From the sequence record OR413585.1: a DNA stretch of 64,000 bases; one strand, given 5' to 3'. The stretch's first letter is position 1. Each line of letters opens with the position of its first letter. Below the pieces are notes generated by a model, which searched no databases, was not told where the DNA came from, and worked only from the letters and a program-made list of their open reading frames with translations. This document shows positions 45,901 through 55,502 of this stretch, one piece after another. Both the position numbers and the translations under genes were made by a program.

Positions 45901-47084
45901 GAGGAAAGATTACCAAAGGTGAACGCGCCCTTCTGCAAGCGTTTCATGACCTCTGGATTTTTCTCCATCTCCTCACGAGTCCATTTCTGGAGTTTCTCGA
46001 TTTGTGGGCCGAGTAGTTTCTTCGCAAGGAATCCGCTACCCCATGCAGTTGCTTTATCGCGAGCATTTGTTTTGCGACGTTCGGCAGTCAACGAAGAGCT
46101 GTCGCTCATGCCGAAATCGTCTTCAACGCCCATGCCGAGAACAGACTCTAACAAACCACGACCTTCGCCAAATATACCAGAAATTTTCTTCTTGGTATTT
46201 TCGCGAATCATGTCCATAAACCCGTCAGCATAACGCAATGGGTTCATCCATTCCGCAGCCTGGCGTTTAACGTTTGCCCAACGGACTTCTGAGAAATCTT
46301 CCTTCGCGTAGTCTGGCAGCGCCGTGTTCTTCACGATGGCTTCTAAAGCAGGCGTGTTACGATCGAACTCCGACTGCTTCATCTTCACGATGTCTTGAAT
46401 GGCGAACAGGGTACGGTATTGCAATTCGAGTTTCTTACGCTCGATGTTTAAGAATACCCCACGGCTTAACCCGGTTAGCAGGTTAATGTCTTTCGCCATC
46501 CCAATCATGGTTTGGTGCATTGCATCCGCGCGCATCTCTTTGATGCTGTCGCGGAGCTTATCCTCTACCATGCGGTCCTGCAGCTGACGTTGTTCGTCGG
46601 CGTCCTTTGGCACGCCTGAGAAAACGTCGCCCAGTTCACGATCCATCAATGCCTGATTAGGATCGTAATTTTGGTAATCCAACTGGTCAGATTTTGACCA
46701 CTTGTCGATGCGCTTAGTAACTGCATCCGGCAAGTATTTCTTCATCGTCGGACCGAGTTGGCGCGCTTGCATCTTCAGCGTGCGCTCGGTCTTCTCAAGC
46801 TCCCCTTTCGTATGGGCGTAAATGTCCTTTGCTGCAGCTGCCGCTGACTGATAACCCTCGTATGCATCAGCTGCCGGCTTAGGCATCCCCTTGAGGATAA
46901 CTTGGTCGCGTTTCCCTTCTGGCCAGATAGTTGACAACGCCGACTTCCTGGCAACATTCAGGGTACTGAGTATCGGGCTTCGTTTTTTCTCGTCTTTGGG
47001 ACGGGGTGGTTCACCGAAATCATCCCAGTCGTCGAGTCTATCTAAATCGATATCATCGAAACCGTCTTTGCCTCTTTTTGCCAT
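39963..47084 (-). CDS. tape measure protein with lytic transglycosylase domain (phiKZ gp181-like)
   Basis: 2373 aa; helical and Gly/Arg-rich; hydrophobic segment; SLT motif MAKAESGFN..SASGLFQF..TW..YLYHFLG. Confidence 0.9.
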   Translation of the reverse strand: MAKRGKDGFDDIDLDRLDDWDDFGEPPRPKDEKKRSPILSTLNVARKSALSTIWPEGKRDQVILKGMPKPAADAYEGYQSAAAAAKDIYAHTKGELEKTERTLKMQARQLGPTMKKYLPDAVTKRIDKWSKSDQLDYQNYDPNQALMDRELGDVFSGVPKDADEQRQLQDRMVEDKLRDSIKEMRADAMHQTMIGMAKDINLLTGLSRGVFLNIERKKLELQYRTLFAIQDIVKMKQSEFDRNTPALEAIVKNTALPDYAKEDFSEVRWANVKRQAAEWMNPLRYADGFMDMIRENTKKKISGIFGEGRGLLESVLGMGVEDDFGMSDSSSLTAERRKTNARDKATAWGSGFLAKKLLGPQIEKLQKWTREEMEKNPEVMKRLQKGAFTFGNLSSISNSAIAGETQGPLADLFRVLNELGIVQPLNREKAFLDERNGETLSRSAKFDRKAYLSLVEVIPAWLAEINKSVRRGYGEHADLEYDITSRGFVDRKVVGNRVRKAVANDEQRLRLQNSINSTVDFVDRGKTLSQKDRQHLADYIESRASQGRAFDVEAILKDPMHLHRYMPGNAAERIKEALQGHSDSLTGGSNELSNELARKISTVQSSITQRQAIIDEAVNIYGERALRDAGIFNYDAKSDTFGVDKDLSDPYTLFNDLAMGKTRSGRALTRDQEIQRKLQNGSALGDYLRRMNQGASGGADDTSLPPALRGGGKGRGMSPRQLAAVLYGETSTNFVELLSQRNRGEEAPRNNFDGIIEAIRGNNNSATLQKILEHVRSMDEEGVLLASLAGGAGSGDEEMGPPRPGGGSGGGRRRRIIIGEDGLIRRWGGVLFDTAAGIGGFAKRGVKGAWNKLNQFGGWARGKVAGMGGGEGPGFLTRMRGLISGSVRGGFEAVSSFGKGLLGIRDVYDDHGNVVLQGARLEAGEYYQVIDGKMVQLKTLDDIKLGSDIVDSAGNLILAAADLAAAGKLRYYKGGKIQALTQGLASKIGLGFNKVAKLPKRFLDFLSPKAGSIVGKIKDWLNEIPEGEEKTRLQKAFNRVTSLPGKVLGFAKRGVDRLKDMITDNPLTRWWKGRKDGGGGGFSLFSSTGKKTNHILIRIYKLLNQRLPGDPEDESWTEEMEKGVGGGGSTIGRAVRGAYDRAKSSLSERFGGRWSRTKAFFGRGRDRLRGWFSGFRGRAGDMLDGYRGARHDIATRYEVERRLAGRDDDVAEFYRSHLNAKGGLSGRKVYGDAKDDLETARDAAGRVINKGKNAAKSAGARLFERLDRMIGLQEMSWFNTMRESVSRAGGDDGIIRTMFAKFGKRNKPPESDEKRDYFNFFKRWREKRKEKKEKAQGSKGKSGGLWDMVKGLPIIGPIVSILGTVGNILGSITKWGVLKPVGLLGKAAWNVGKFAVTRLAAPAVSAVATAASAVVTAVGWPAILIGGAIAAAGYAAYKIATTTYTQYLDKMRLAQYGFRDYDKWSSDDGAKARYLEDALREYVSYAEDGQASLRGLGGKDVQKLAEGFGINVEEKGEMLAFQAFMLQRFIPIYLRWITALKSMPNSIQLADVGDAKKVSKEDMQTLFNKMKMTKDAKAFSSLTDPRKVNQGFFSKAWDVVTFTPKEFLSGEEVMEVQNEVERAIKFRMDDKKARKYGMAPAVEGIKSAGVDEAINKLGQLDNERNKNLAKVEGWEDGTEQVQIQVDWNAVLDQKDMNAMESVRWKTYGFTTIDNATRTLITVFEKNVIKDIDVKTASYKGDWKKAIASMVPDAIGTPKEDRLKRWFFDRFLPVFMTYLVGVKRYLPTADPLNLKLTGGYLYEISLMMSTAYSLKGGIRQSVWEVNINPLGGDANTNPSSIKAELETLKLLSKEADLAVRNMIKAIKNNGKRARWKDRNKNRSSLEVTGEDEEDSNISSGDSLSSDGARASGYIPSGTSGGVPGNLGQVVDAVGGVRNYAAMTTGSSSINLSDVKDGDYKSLAEKYPIEMLGRKGALNVPNIKALITDAANMMGVPPAVALAMAKAESGFNYTAKNPYASASGLFQFVNGTWDGMMKGYSRKFGIPRVNQMDPWANAILGVQFIRDNIQKAQRDLGGKAPPPAVAYLYHFLGAGGGKKFLEAWKRNPNMAASSAPGITSAILRGNANVFYSNGRIRSVDGVIQELNRRMGAISANEVAADPSKTKDMVAGLSPNSPTNPAAAMGAPAANDPSLSPADNLPADNANRRDDALTQKGAMAAQDAMATAAGNVGPAAPTPTTGGTGTSDASTTAETVASQAAAEGLSATDVAKVKAGAEAQVNAAARPIAAPTSDATASTPTLNGDPIDVQQLKVLIQSRDYLKEIRDILKSNPRAANDTRGGSIQQAANVPPPGSAARRQEITQPTPSLNVSRKAS

Positions 47085-47113
47085 AATGTTTCTTCCAATT
47101 CAGGAGCTTAAAA

Positions 47114-48727
47114 GTGAGAAAGCTAAACTGGGTTGACTTTTACTTGTTAAACGTCAACAAGTCCCTGGTGTCGCATTTAAAACCAGTTACAACAACAGAC
47201 ACCTTTCAGGGACTGACGAAAAACTTTCACCCTGAAGGACTGTATTCAACCGAAATTTTTGGCCTCACAGGGAGCGAAGCACGAGACTCAACGTTCTCGT
47301 ACATTGATATCAAACTGGATATCATTTCGCCGACCGTTTGTTTGGCATTGTTCCAGCTGAAACAGCTGTACGAAGAAATCTGTTCCGGGAAGCGATTCGC
47401 TATCTGGAATGAGAAAGAAAAAGATTTCGAGCCGGCTCTGCCCAGTGATAAAGGTGCAGACACCGGCTTCAACTTCTTCCTACGCTACTACGAACAACTG
47501 ACACCGGGACGCAACGAATCGATGCGTCGCGACGAGACAGTCGATTTCTTCAATAAGTTCCGTCCGGTCAGTCTCAGCCGCTATGTGCTGGTTCTGCCTG
47601 CGGGATTACGTGATTTGGTCATTCGTCAGGATGGCCGCGACCAAGAAGAAGAGATTGGCGGACTCTACCGCCGTCTGATTTCTCTGGCACGTGCAATCCC
47701 CGACCGCAGTACGCGAACGGAACTGACTGACCCGGTTCGCTGGAAGCTCCAACAAACCTTTAATGATATCTGGATGTACTTCTTCAACATCCAGGATGGT
47801 AAAGGTGGTTTTGCACGTCGTAAAGTGACGTCACGTAAGTTAATGAACGGTACGCGTAACGTACTGTCTTCATTCTCAACCGGTTCCAAGGTCATGGGTC
47901 GCGAAGATGCGATTCGTCCAACGGATACCCGTATCGGTTTGTACCAAACCCTGAAGGCATTACTGCCTGTGGCACAATACCACATCCGCGAACGTTACCT
48001 CAGTAACATCCGGGCAGGGGACGGCAACTTATACGGCGTTAACACCAAAACACTCAAGCGTGAGTTCCTGGAAGTCTCCGGGCGGGTGTATGACCTTTTC
48101 ACTACCGACGATGGCATCGAAACACTCATCAACAGAATGGAAGCGCGCGAGCTTCGACATAAACCGCTGATGATTGATCCGGACCATTACGTGGCATTAA
48201 TCTACCAGGACAAACGCAGCTTCAAAATCTTTTACGATATTGAAGACCTGCCGGAAGGACGTGACCGTAAGCTTGTCCGCGGACTGAGCTTAGCGGAACT
48301 CCTCTATTTGTCAGGTTACGATATTTGGAATGACTACTTCTCGTTCATCACGCGTTATCCGGTTACGGGACGCGGTTCGACTTACTCCTCGACCATAAGA
48401 TTGGAGACCACCACCTCTTCCCTCTATTTGCATGAACTGGAAGACGATTGGGTCACGTTAAAAGAGAAGGGAGCAATTAGCTTCCCTGACCGTACCGTGA
48501 AAACCTTTGTGGAATCCATGGCACCACATCCATCCCGATTAGGTGGGTTGGGTGGTGACTACGATGGTGACACCGGCTCAGCAAACAGCCCGATGTCAAC
48601 CGAAGCGCTCGAGGAAAATCGGAAGTGGGTCAGTTCGAAAAACTACTGGTTTGCAACAGACGGCAGTTTCAAAATCAATCCGGTTAACAACGTGATTAAA
48701 AGAACGACTGCTGCGCTGTTGAAATGA
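47114..48727 (+). CDS. rpoC: virion RNA polymerase beta' subunit, N-terminal/catalytic part (phiKZ gp180-like)
   Basis: EGLYSTEIFG, VLVLPAGLRD, RKLMNGTRNV, TRYPV, catalytic GGDYDGD. Confidence 0.9.
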   Translation: MRKLNWVDFYLLNVNKSLVSHLKPVTTTDTFQGLTKNFHPEGLYSTEIFGLTGSEARDSTFSYIDIKLDIISPTVCLALFQLKQLYEEICSGKRFAIWNEKEKDFEPALPSDKGADTGFNFFLRYYEQLTPGRNESMRRDETVDFFNKFRPVSLSRYVLVLPAGLRDLVIRQDGRDQEEEIGGLYRRLISLARAIPDRSTRTELTDPVRWKLQQTFNDIWMYFFNIQDGKGGFARRKVTSRKLMNGTRNVLSSFSTGSKVMGREDAIRPTDTRIGLYQTLKALLPVAQYHIRERYLSNIRAGDGNLYGVNTKTLKREFLEVSGRVYDLFTTDDGIETLINRMEARELRHKPLMIDPDHYVALIYQDKRSFKIFYDIEDLPEGRDRKLVRGLSLAELLYLSGYDIWNDYFSFITRYPVTGRGSTYSSTIRLETTTSSLYLHELEDDWVTLKEKGAISFPDRTVKTFVESMAPHPSRLGGLGGDYDGDTGSANSPMSTEALEENRKWVSSKNYWFATDGSFKINPVNNVIKRTTAALLK

Positions 48728-48745
48728 TACCCATAAGGCACATGT

Positions 48746-51700
48746 ATGATTTTTCTGAAACAGTTTAACCAGCGCTTTACCGTGCGCAAGACCGATGAGT
48801 TCGGTCGTCCGCGTATTATCCCGCTGGAGAAGCTCCAGCTCCCACGTGGTTCTATCTACCACACCATCGATTTAGACCAGGTGGTTTTAGCGCCACCGTT
48901 AACTACACCGTGTTTTGGCCAGCTGGAAAAACCGGCGATGATTCGCCACCACTTCCAGCTGCCTGAAGACGGCATTATTGGCCATCCGCGTAAGAAACCG
49001 GTTGTTGGCCAAGAACGTCAAATCTTCCAGTACCATCGTAACAATCGTCGTATTCGTCGCATGATTGAAGACGGCGTGGTACGTTCCGATCCGAAAGTGC
49101 TGCTCATCGAAAACTACACCCCGATGCTGCCGCATTATTTCTACCCTGATACTCTGATGTCCTGGTACGAACGTCTGCACAACATTCAGCTGCTGATAAC
49201 TAACCAGATGAAAACTGACTCACGTGAGTACATGCGTCAGAACTACTACATCATCGAACTGGGTAACGTACTGCCTTCTTTCGATCGTTTTAAAATGACG
49301 TATAACGATCGTGTTAAAACCAAACTGGAGCGCTTTAAAGACTTTAACCTGTTGTGGTTACTGGAGTTGTTCGGTTGGGTGTACGGCGATCAGCAAGCAA
49401 CACTGTTTGACGGCATGGACATGAACCAGCTGTCACGTGTGAACTTTATCTTCACACACAACGGTGGTTTTACATCCATGAACATGGGTGTAATTGAAAG
49501 AATGCGTAAGTCTGCCGGCGGTCGTTTAACTGACGTGCAGATGGGCAGAATGTTCTACCGTACACTGACTACTGTGATGACCACACCGCCGTCTACCGAC
49601 TACGAAGATGACGAGTTCGTTACACCGGAAGGGGACGAACGCGTACATCTGGGAGAGGACGACGATGCCGTTGAAACCGTTGCCAGTAAACCGGAAGAAA
49701 GCCTCGATATCGTCGACGATGAAGCAACACAAAGCGACAACGTCGACGATACATTGAACGATCATGAGTTCGATGAGAAAGAAGATCTGGTCATCGAAGC
49801 GCCGAAAGAAGATGTCAAACCAACCACCATCGTCGTAGAACGCACCATCCCACACGATGCTGTGATTAAACAGGAAGTTGAGCGCCTGGCAGAAGCGGGC
49901 CGCGTCACCGCCAAAGCGTATCAGTTCCTGAACGAATCTTCTAAACGTTTCGTAAACTTACCCAACCCGTACAATCCTAAAGAGACGTACGGCGAAGGTC
50001 TGACCATCGATCCGAAGAAACTCGAAGTTAAAGCCGAGCCTAAGAAGATTGAACGCTTAGTTACGGATGAAGCCTGGGCGGAAAATACCACCGACCAAAT
50101 CATTCGTCAGTACAACCAGGAAATCTTCCCGAAAGATATTCTGGGGGCAGTAGCGTCATCCCAACGTCTTGGTTTAGCGATTCACAATCACACTGTCGAG
50201 AAAGAGATTTCCGTTACCGGGAATATCGAACACCACACGTTGCGTATTCAGCCGATTGGCGGAGAACCAACCACGGTACGTTTCTCAATTCCTGCATTAA
50301 CCGAAGACGGTACTTGGGTTGCAAATGGTGTGGAATATACAATGCGCCGTCAGCGTGTTGATCTTCCTATCCGTAAAGTGTCCCACGATACTGTAGCGTT
50401 AACCACTGCCTACGGGAAGAACTTTGTCCGTCGCAGTGATAAAGTCGTCAATGATTACGGACGTTGGCTCACTAACGCGATTATTACTCGCGCGGTCGAT
50501 CCAAAGAACACCGAAATCACTGATGCAAAACTGGCGAATGTGTTCGATCCGCTGTCTAAACTGCCGCGTCAATATACCGAAGTGGCGCGTCGTGTAGCAG
50601 CGTTCAACGCAATTGGGTACCAATGGAGCTTTGACATTAAACAGAAAGCGGCATTCTTTAACGAAGGGCAACTGGCAGACGCGGACCGTGTCGAGCTGGT
50701 ACCTGTGGCGAAGAAACCGCGGAGTCATGTCATCGTCGGTATGGATAAAAACTCCCAGCTTTATCGAGTGGATAAGGATAAGACCGAACCACTGGGTACA
50801 CTCGCCGAGGTCTTTGGCGTGGACACCTCTAAGGCTCCACGAGAAATGACCGAACTGTCACTGATGGGCAAATCAATCTCGCTGGGCTTTGTGTTTGCGT
50901 ACTATCTCGGATTAACCGGGATGTTGAAACACTTTGGTATCAGTTACGAGGTTCTCTCTGTCGGACAACGTATCGATAAAGGTCAGTTCGACTCCATTAT
51001 TCGTCTCCAGGATGCGAAAATTGCAATTGTCTGCGAGAACGATCAACAGAGGATGATTGTCAACGGCTTAGACCGTTACATTAAACATTTTACCACGTAT
51101 ACCGAGTCGGAAGTTGACCGGGAAGACATTTATCTGAACCTGTTACGCGATGCAGATGGGCTAACACCACGCTACATCAAAGAGCTGAAACTGATGCGGA
51201 CCGCATTTGTTGACGACATGCACGCGCGTATCCTCAGGAAAATGGGCGAGCCGGAAACCTTTATCGGCTTACTGGAGCGTTCTAACGAACTGCTGCAGAC
51301 GGACCACACGTTACCGGAAATTAACGGTGACGAAATGATGTTCATCGGGAACCAACGTATTTCGTATCACATCTACACCGCGATGGTGCGGGCGATGCGT
51401 AACTACAACAACGCGCCTAACTCGAATCGTAAGTTTGAGTTGACGCAGGACATGGTGTGGGGTGCAATTAACTCCGACCCGTCTGTTCTGCTGGCACCTG
51501 GCGCAAACCCGGTACAGAACATCAAAGAAAAGGATGTCGTTACCATGGGCGGTACAGGCGGTCGTAACCGCAAAACCATGGTATACAGTACCCGTGAATT
51601 CCAACCGAGCGACCTGGGGATTGTCTCCGGTAACACGGTCGATAACGGCGACGTAGGTATCACCGCCTTTGCAACAAACAATCCGCGTTACGACACCGTG

Positions 51701-52951
51701 GACGGCACGACCTTTAAAAAGGACCTCGATAAACTGAAGCCAGGTGAGGCACTGTCATTTATTGATGGCTTGGTGCCGGATACCCTGATGGACGATGCTA
51801 AGCGTCAGAACTTCGTTGGGATTCAATTCGGTTCTGCGACCAGTTGTGTTGGCGCAACCACCACACCGTATCGTACCGAGCAAGAAAAGTTCGTGGCACA
51901 CCGTACTTCTGTGAAGCACGCACGCGTAATCGATAAACCTGGCAAGATTGTGGAGGTTCTTAACGACCACGTTAAAATCAAATACGACGACGGAGAGGAA
52001 GAAGCTTTCCCACTGGGCCGTTGGTTCGGTCCGCACGAAGGGACTTACTACCCACACACCCTGGTAACGAAATGGAAGCGCGGAGATAAACTCCCTGCCG
52101 GTGCCGTTATCACGTACAACGAACAACACTTTGAACCAGACATCTACGATCCAACGCAGGTCAGCTTTAAAAACGGGATACTGGCAACTGTCGCTTTGAT
52201 TGAAGGGGAAGAAGTAATTGAGGACTCCAACGCCATTAGTGAGCGGTTCGCTGCTAAGGCTGAAGCCGATGTTACCAAACTCAAAGAAGTCACAATGACG
52301 TTTACCCAGAACCTGTTGGAGATGGTAAAAGAAGGGGACCACGTAGACGTGGATTCAATTCTATGCACCTTCACCGACAACCTGACCGGCGATATGAGCG
52401 GGTTCAGTAAAGAAGCAGCGGAAACGCTGCGTGAGTTAAGCTCCTTTGCACCACGCTCTGGTGTTCGTGGGTTTATCGACAAAATCGAAGTGGTTTACCA
52501 CGGCGAGGTGGAAGATATGACCCCGTCTTTGGCGGAGATGGTTCGTAAATACGACCGTATACGTCGGAAGACTGCGCTGGCTCTCAAACGTGACGAGCCG
52601 AAGGACGGTCGAGTCAACGGTGATTTTCGTGTTGAGGGGGTGCCGTTAGCGTACAATAGCCTGTGTGTCCGATTCTACATCACACACCGGGTAGAGATGG
52701 CAGCAGCGGATAAGATGGTTATTGCTAACCAGCTGAAAACGACGGTTCAGGAAGTGATGTATGGAACCAACAAAACGGAAGACGGGCAGGAACTCGACAT
52801 TATCTTTGGTCGTGATTCCGTCGACGCGCGTATCGTAGGTTCTATCATGCGCATCGGAACCACCAACGCTGTCGGGTATCGTGGTGGGGAAAATATCGGA
52901 CGCATCTTAGATGGTGAAGACGTCCCAGCCTTGCCGGCTAAAATCAACTAA
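48746..52951 (+). CDS. rpoB: virion RNA polymerase beta subunit, N-terminal/middle part (phiKZ gp178-like)
   Basis: 1401 aa; NGVEY..RQRVD, GGTGG, GNTVDNGDVG, DDAKRQNF, EDSNAIS, ADKMVIANQLKTT, DIIF. Confidence 0.9.
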   Translation: MIFLKQFNQRFTVRKTDEFGRPRIIPLEKLQLPRGSIYHTIDLDQVVLAPPLTTPCFGQLEKPAMIRHHFQLPEDGIIGHPRKKPVVGQERQIFQYHRNNRRIRRMIEDGVVRSDPKVLLIENYTPMLPHYFYPDTLMSWYERLHNIQLLITNQMKTDSREYMRQNYYIIELGNVLPSFDRFKMTYNDRVKTKLERFKDFNLLWLLELFGWVYGDQQATLFDGMDMNQLSRVNFIFTHNGGFTSMNMGVIERMRKSAGGRLTDVQMGRMFYRTLTTVMTTPPSTDYEDDEFVTPEGDERVHLGEDDDAVETVASKPEESLDIVDDEATQSDNVDDTLNDHEFDEKEDLVIEAPKEDVKPTTIVVERTIPHDAVIKQEVERLAEAGRVTAKAYQFLNESSKRFVNLPNPYNPKETYGEGLTIDPKKLEVKAEPKKIERLVTDEAWAENTTDQIIRQYNQEIFPKDILGAVASSQRLGLAIHNHTVEKEISVTGNIEHHTLRIQPIGGEPTTVRFSIPALTEDGTWVANGVEYTMRRQRVDLPIRKVSHDTVALTTAYGKNFVRRSDKVVNDYGRWLTNAIITRAVDPKNTEITDAKLANVFDPLSKLPRQYTEVARRVAAFNAIGYQWSFDIKQKAAFFNEGQLADADRVELVPVAKKPRSHVIVGMDKNSQLYRVDKDKTEPLGTLAEVFGVDTSKAPREMTELSLMGKSISLGFVFAYYLGLTGMLKHFGISYEVLSVGQRIDKGQFDSIIRLQDAKIAIVCENDQQRMIVNGLDRYIKHFTTYTESEVDREDIYLNLLRDADGLTPRYIKELKLMRTAFVDDMHARILRKMGEPETFIGLLERSNELLQTDHTLPEINGDEMMFIGNQRISYHIYTAMVRAMRNYNNAPNSNRKFELTQDMVWGAINSDPSVLLAPGANPVQNIKEKDVVTMGGTGGRNRKTMVYSTREFQPSDLGIVSGNTVDNGDVGITAFATNNPRYDTVDGTTFKKDLDKLKPGEALSFIDGLVPDTLMDDAKRQNFVGIQFGSATSCVGATTTPYRTEQEKFVAHRTSVKHARVIDKPGKIVEVLNDHVKIKYDDGEEEAFPLGRWFGPHEGTYYPHTLVTKWKRGDKLPAGAVITYNEQHFEPDIYDPTQVSFKNGILATVALIEGEEVIEDSNAISERFAAKAEADVTKLKEVTMTFTQNLLEMVKEGDHVDVDSILCTFTDNLTGDMSGFSKEAAETLRELSSFAPRSGVRGFIDKIEVVYHGEVEDMTPSLAEMVRKYDRIRRKTALALKRDEPKDGRVNGDFRVEGVPLAYNSLCVRFYITHRVEMAAADKMVIANQLKTTVQEVMYGTNKTEDGQELDIIFGRDSVDARIVGSIMRIGTTNAVGYRGGENIGRILDGEDVPALPAKIN

Positions 52952-52998
52952 TGTAGGGCGGGTCGCTCCCGCCCGGTAAATAAACTCCGGAGTTAATA

Positions 52999-53292
52999 AT
53001 GGGAATTTTAGATACGCTCAAGCAGCAGCATGGGATTCCGGTGGGCCGTAATAGCACGAATCCGGAAACGGAAGGTTATTCCCCACAGCAACGCATGAAC
53101 TTTGTTGTTCTGGGCAATGCGGTTGAATTGGCCACCGAAATTATTCACGGACTGCTGAAGGGCAGCAATGGCCTGTCTGACCGCATGGGCGATCAGCGTT
53201 TGCTGAAACGAGACATCGCTGATATGGTGGGTGCGCGTATTACTGGTCGCATCCAGGATTCCATCAGCACCAAAAACGGGGGTCAGGCATGA
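52999..53292 (+). CDS. small putative virion protein
   Basis: SD GGAG; lies in the virion operon. Confidence 0.65.
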   Translation: MGILDTLKQQHGIPVGRNSTNPETEGYSPQQRMNFVVLGNAVELATEIIHGLLKGSNGLSDRMGDQRLLKRDIADMVGARITGRIQDSISTKNGGQA

Positions 53293-54764
53293 TCAACTTA
53301 TATTCACTTAATGCTGTCACCAACGCAATGAAACTGGCGAAACAACACCAGGTTCGTTTGGAAGCTGACGTTGACAGTCCTGTTGGTCTACTGACAAAAG
53401 CGACTACGCAGCAGAGCGTTTTCGATACACAGATAACTGACGAAGAGTTCTTCCAGTCTCTGCCGGATATCACTGCACTGAAAACGCCGCAGGCCGGTAC
53501 AGGCGAAGCGTCTGTAATCGCAGATACTGCAGCGGGTCCAGAAACGCTGAACGTCGAAGACCACGAACCGACACTGTTCGAACTGAAACGTATGGCTATC
53601 CAACGTTGTCAGGGTATGCTTGACTTTGCCCGTAACGTTATTCAGCCGTTTGTTCAACTGGTTATCCAAAACAACCAGGGTATTGAAAACCAGGCAGTTA
53701 GCGAAGAATGGGCACTTGTGCCTGCAGGTATGGACCCGGCGTTGAACTCCCCGGTGGTACAGGCGTTAATTGATTCGGTAGAAAACCCGCTGGGTAATGG
53801 TACTACACACCCTGCAGTTAAAGCCAACGTCCCTGCCGATATCGAACTGCCAGAAACCGGCAGCAAAGCATACGACGATCTGGTTAAAGAACTGTTGAAT
53901 GCGCTGGGTTGGAATATCAACGAAGCCGTTCGCAACATGCTCGAAGGGAACATGCTCTCTCCGGTAAGCGACCAGGCACCACACAACCTGAAACGCAACA
54001 TTCTGTTTATGCTGCTTTCTGGCTACTACCTGGAAATGCCGTGGAAAGACTCTGGTCTGAATAGCGGGCAGTGGAAAGCACAGATGCTGCCATTGCATTA
54101 CAGCTATATCGGTTGGGTTTACGCCTACACCCAGAACATCGTTACCCGCATCAAGACCGGTAACATTGTCTTCGGATACGACAACGTTGAGAAGAAAGTG
54201 TATATCTGTCAGGAAGTGATGGACGACTATCTGGAAAAAGGTGGTAGCGTTGAAGCGTTACTGGGCGCTATCTACCAGCTGGACGAAGGTGACACCAATG
54301 TCTCCACGCGTGTAGCTTCACTGTTGGAAAAACAGAAAGACTACATCGCTGCCTGGGGCCACCGTTCTGCGATTCAGCGTGCTAAGCTCGACAGCAGTTG
54401 GGTAACACGCAATCGCCAGTCACTGAAACAAGCGTTTAACGTGGCTATCGATGCGACCGATCCTGAACTGTTCTGGCGTGGACAGGACGGTCAGGTAGCA
54501 ACGCCGGAGTTCGTTAAGAAATCAACGGCAAGCTTCATCGATTCGTTCTTCACAACCGACACCACAGACATCACTGAGTTCGTTATCAAGGTCTCCGCGA
54601 CTGAGGTCTTCGGTGAATACGAACTGTCCAAGCTGATGCTGGATATTCATCGTGGTATGATTGCTAACCGTCAACCTGACGAGGTGGCAACCGACTGGAT
54701 GATTAACTACGTCCTGGATTGGATTTGTGGCGGTGTGGTTATTTCTGTACCGAGCAAAGTTTAA
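53289..54764 (+). CDS. virion head protein
   Basis: 491 aa; ATGA overlap; between vRNAP beta and the protease as in phiKZ-like phages. Confidence 0.7.
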   Translation: MINLYSLNAVTNAMKLAKQHQVRLEADVDSPVGLLTKATTQQSVFDTQITDEEFFQSLPDITALKTPQAGTGEASVIADTAAGPETLNVEDHEPTLFELKRMAIQRCQGMLDFARNVIQPFVQLVIQNNQGIENQAVSEEWALVPAGMDPALNSPVVQALIDSVENPLGNGTTHPAVKANVPADIELPETGSKAYDDLVKELLNALGWNINEAVRNMLEGNMLSPVSDQAPHNLKRNILFMLLSGYYLEMPWKDSGLNSGQWKAQMLPLHYSYIGWVYAYTQNIVTRIKTGNIVFGYDNVEKKVYICQEVMDDYLEKGGSVEALLGAIYQLDEGDTNVSTRVASLLEKQKDYIAAWGHRSAIQRAKLDSSWVTRNRQSLKQAFNVAIDATDPELFWRGQDGQVATPEFVKKSTASFIDSFFTTDTTDITEFVIKVSATEVFGEYELSKLMLDIHRGMIANRQPDEVATDWMINYVLDWICGGVVISVPSKV

Positions 54765-54773
54765 TAAAGAGAG

Positions 54774-55502
54774 GTGGTCGTGAGCGCCATTGAAACAGCA
54801 CGTCGTGACGCGACGAAAATTCATGCAGATTTAGTGGACCAAGGCACGGCCACCATCACCAAAGGGGGATGTTACATTTACATCCCTGTTGGCTTCGTGG
54901 CTAAAGAGCTGGCGGTAATTTCTTCGCAAGTAGAAATCGTCGGTATTTTCGCTATCTCCACTGACCGCAAAACCTACGGGGTATCGAACGTCACGACGTT
55001 CATTGAAATTACCCCGTCGGCGTTTGAGGAAATTGACGTTCAGGGTGTGCCGTATTACGAGTTCCGTTTTGACCCCGGCACGGTGGTGTTCCCCAACCGA
55101 ATGCTGCAAGTGCTATCCTCGCCAGTCTACAACATCGCTTCGTACATCTACGACTTCGGAAACCGGCCTTTCTGGTACACCGCAGTAGATGACGCTGAGC
55201 TATTGTCTGACACTAAGACGTGGAACGGCTTTACGGTCTTTAACGACCAGATCACCGCTGACTGTTATGCTGCCCACACACAGCGTAAGGTTGGCGACCC
55301 GCGGACGTATTTCCGCTACACCCTGAAAAAAGACAGCGATTTGATGAATCGGGTGCAGTTTATTCCGCTGCGTTCAGGTTCATTGAACAAAACTTCCCGG
55401 TTGGCCAAGATTGCAGATGTGGAACTGAAACAGGGTATCCGTTCTGCACTCCAGGTCGATCCGGTACGTGCAGAGCCACTCGAGGATTTGTATATGAGGT
55501 AA
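54774..55502 (+). CDS. probable fifth virion RNAP subunit (phiKZ gp176-like)
   Basis: 242 aa immediately upstream of the prohead protease; assignment by synteny. Confidence 0.55.
   Translation: MVVSAIETARRDATKIHADLVDQGTATITKGGCYIYIPVGFVAKELAVISSQVEIVGIFAISTDRKTYGVSNVTTFIEITPSAFEEIDVQGVPYYEFRFDPGTVVFPNRMLQVLSSPVYNIASYIYDFGNRPFWYTAVDDAELLSDTKTWNGFTVFNDQITADCYAAHTQRKVGDPRTYFRYTLKKDSDLMNRVQFIPLRSGSLNKTSRLAKIADVELKQGIRSALQVDPVRAEPLEDLYMR

Noticed and set aside
40372-46587. Plus-strand ORFs inside the tape measure gene
   Set aside because: Antisense to low-complexity Gly/Ala/Arg coding sequence; no independent support
47114-52951. Intron or intein in the RNAP genes, as occurs in some phiKZ relatives
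   Set aside because: Both ORFs are continuous, and no intein termini or homing endonuclease motifs were seen
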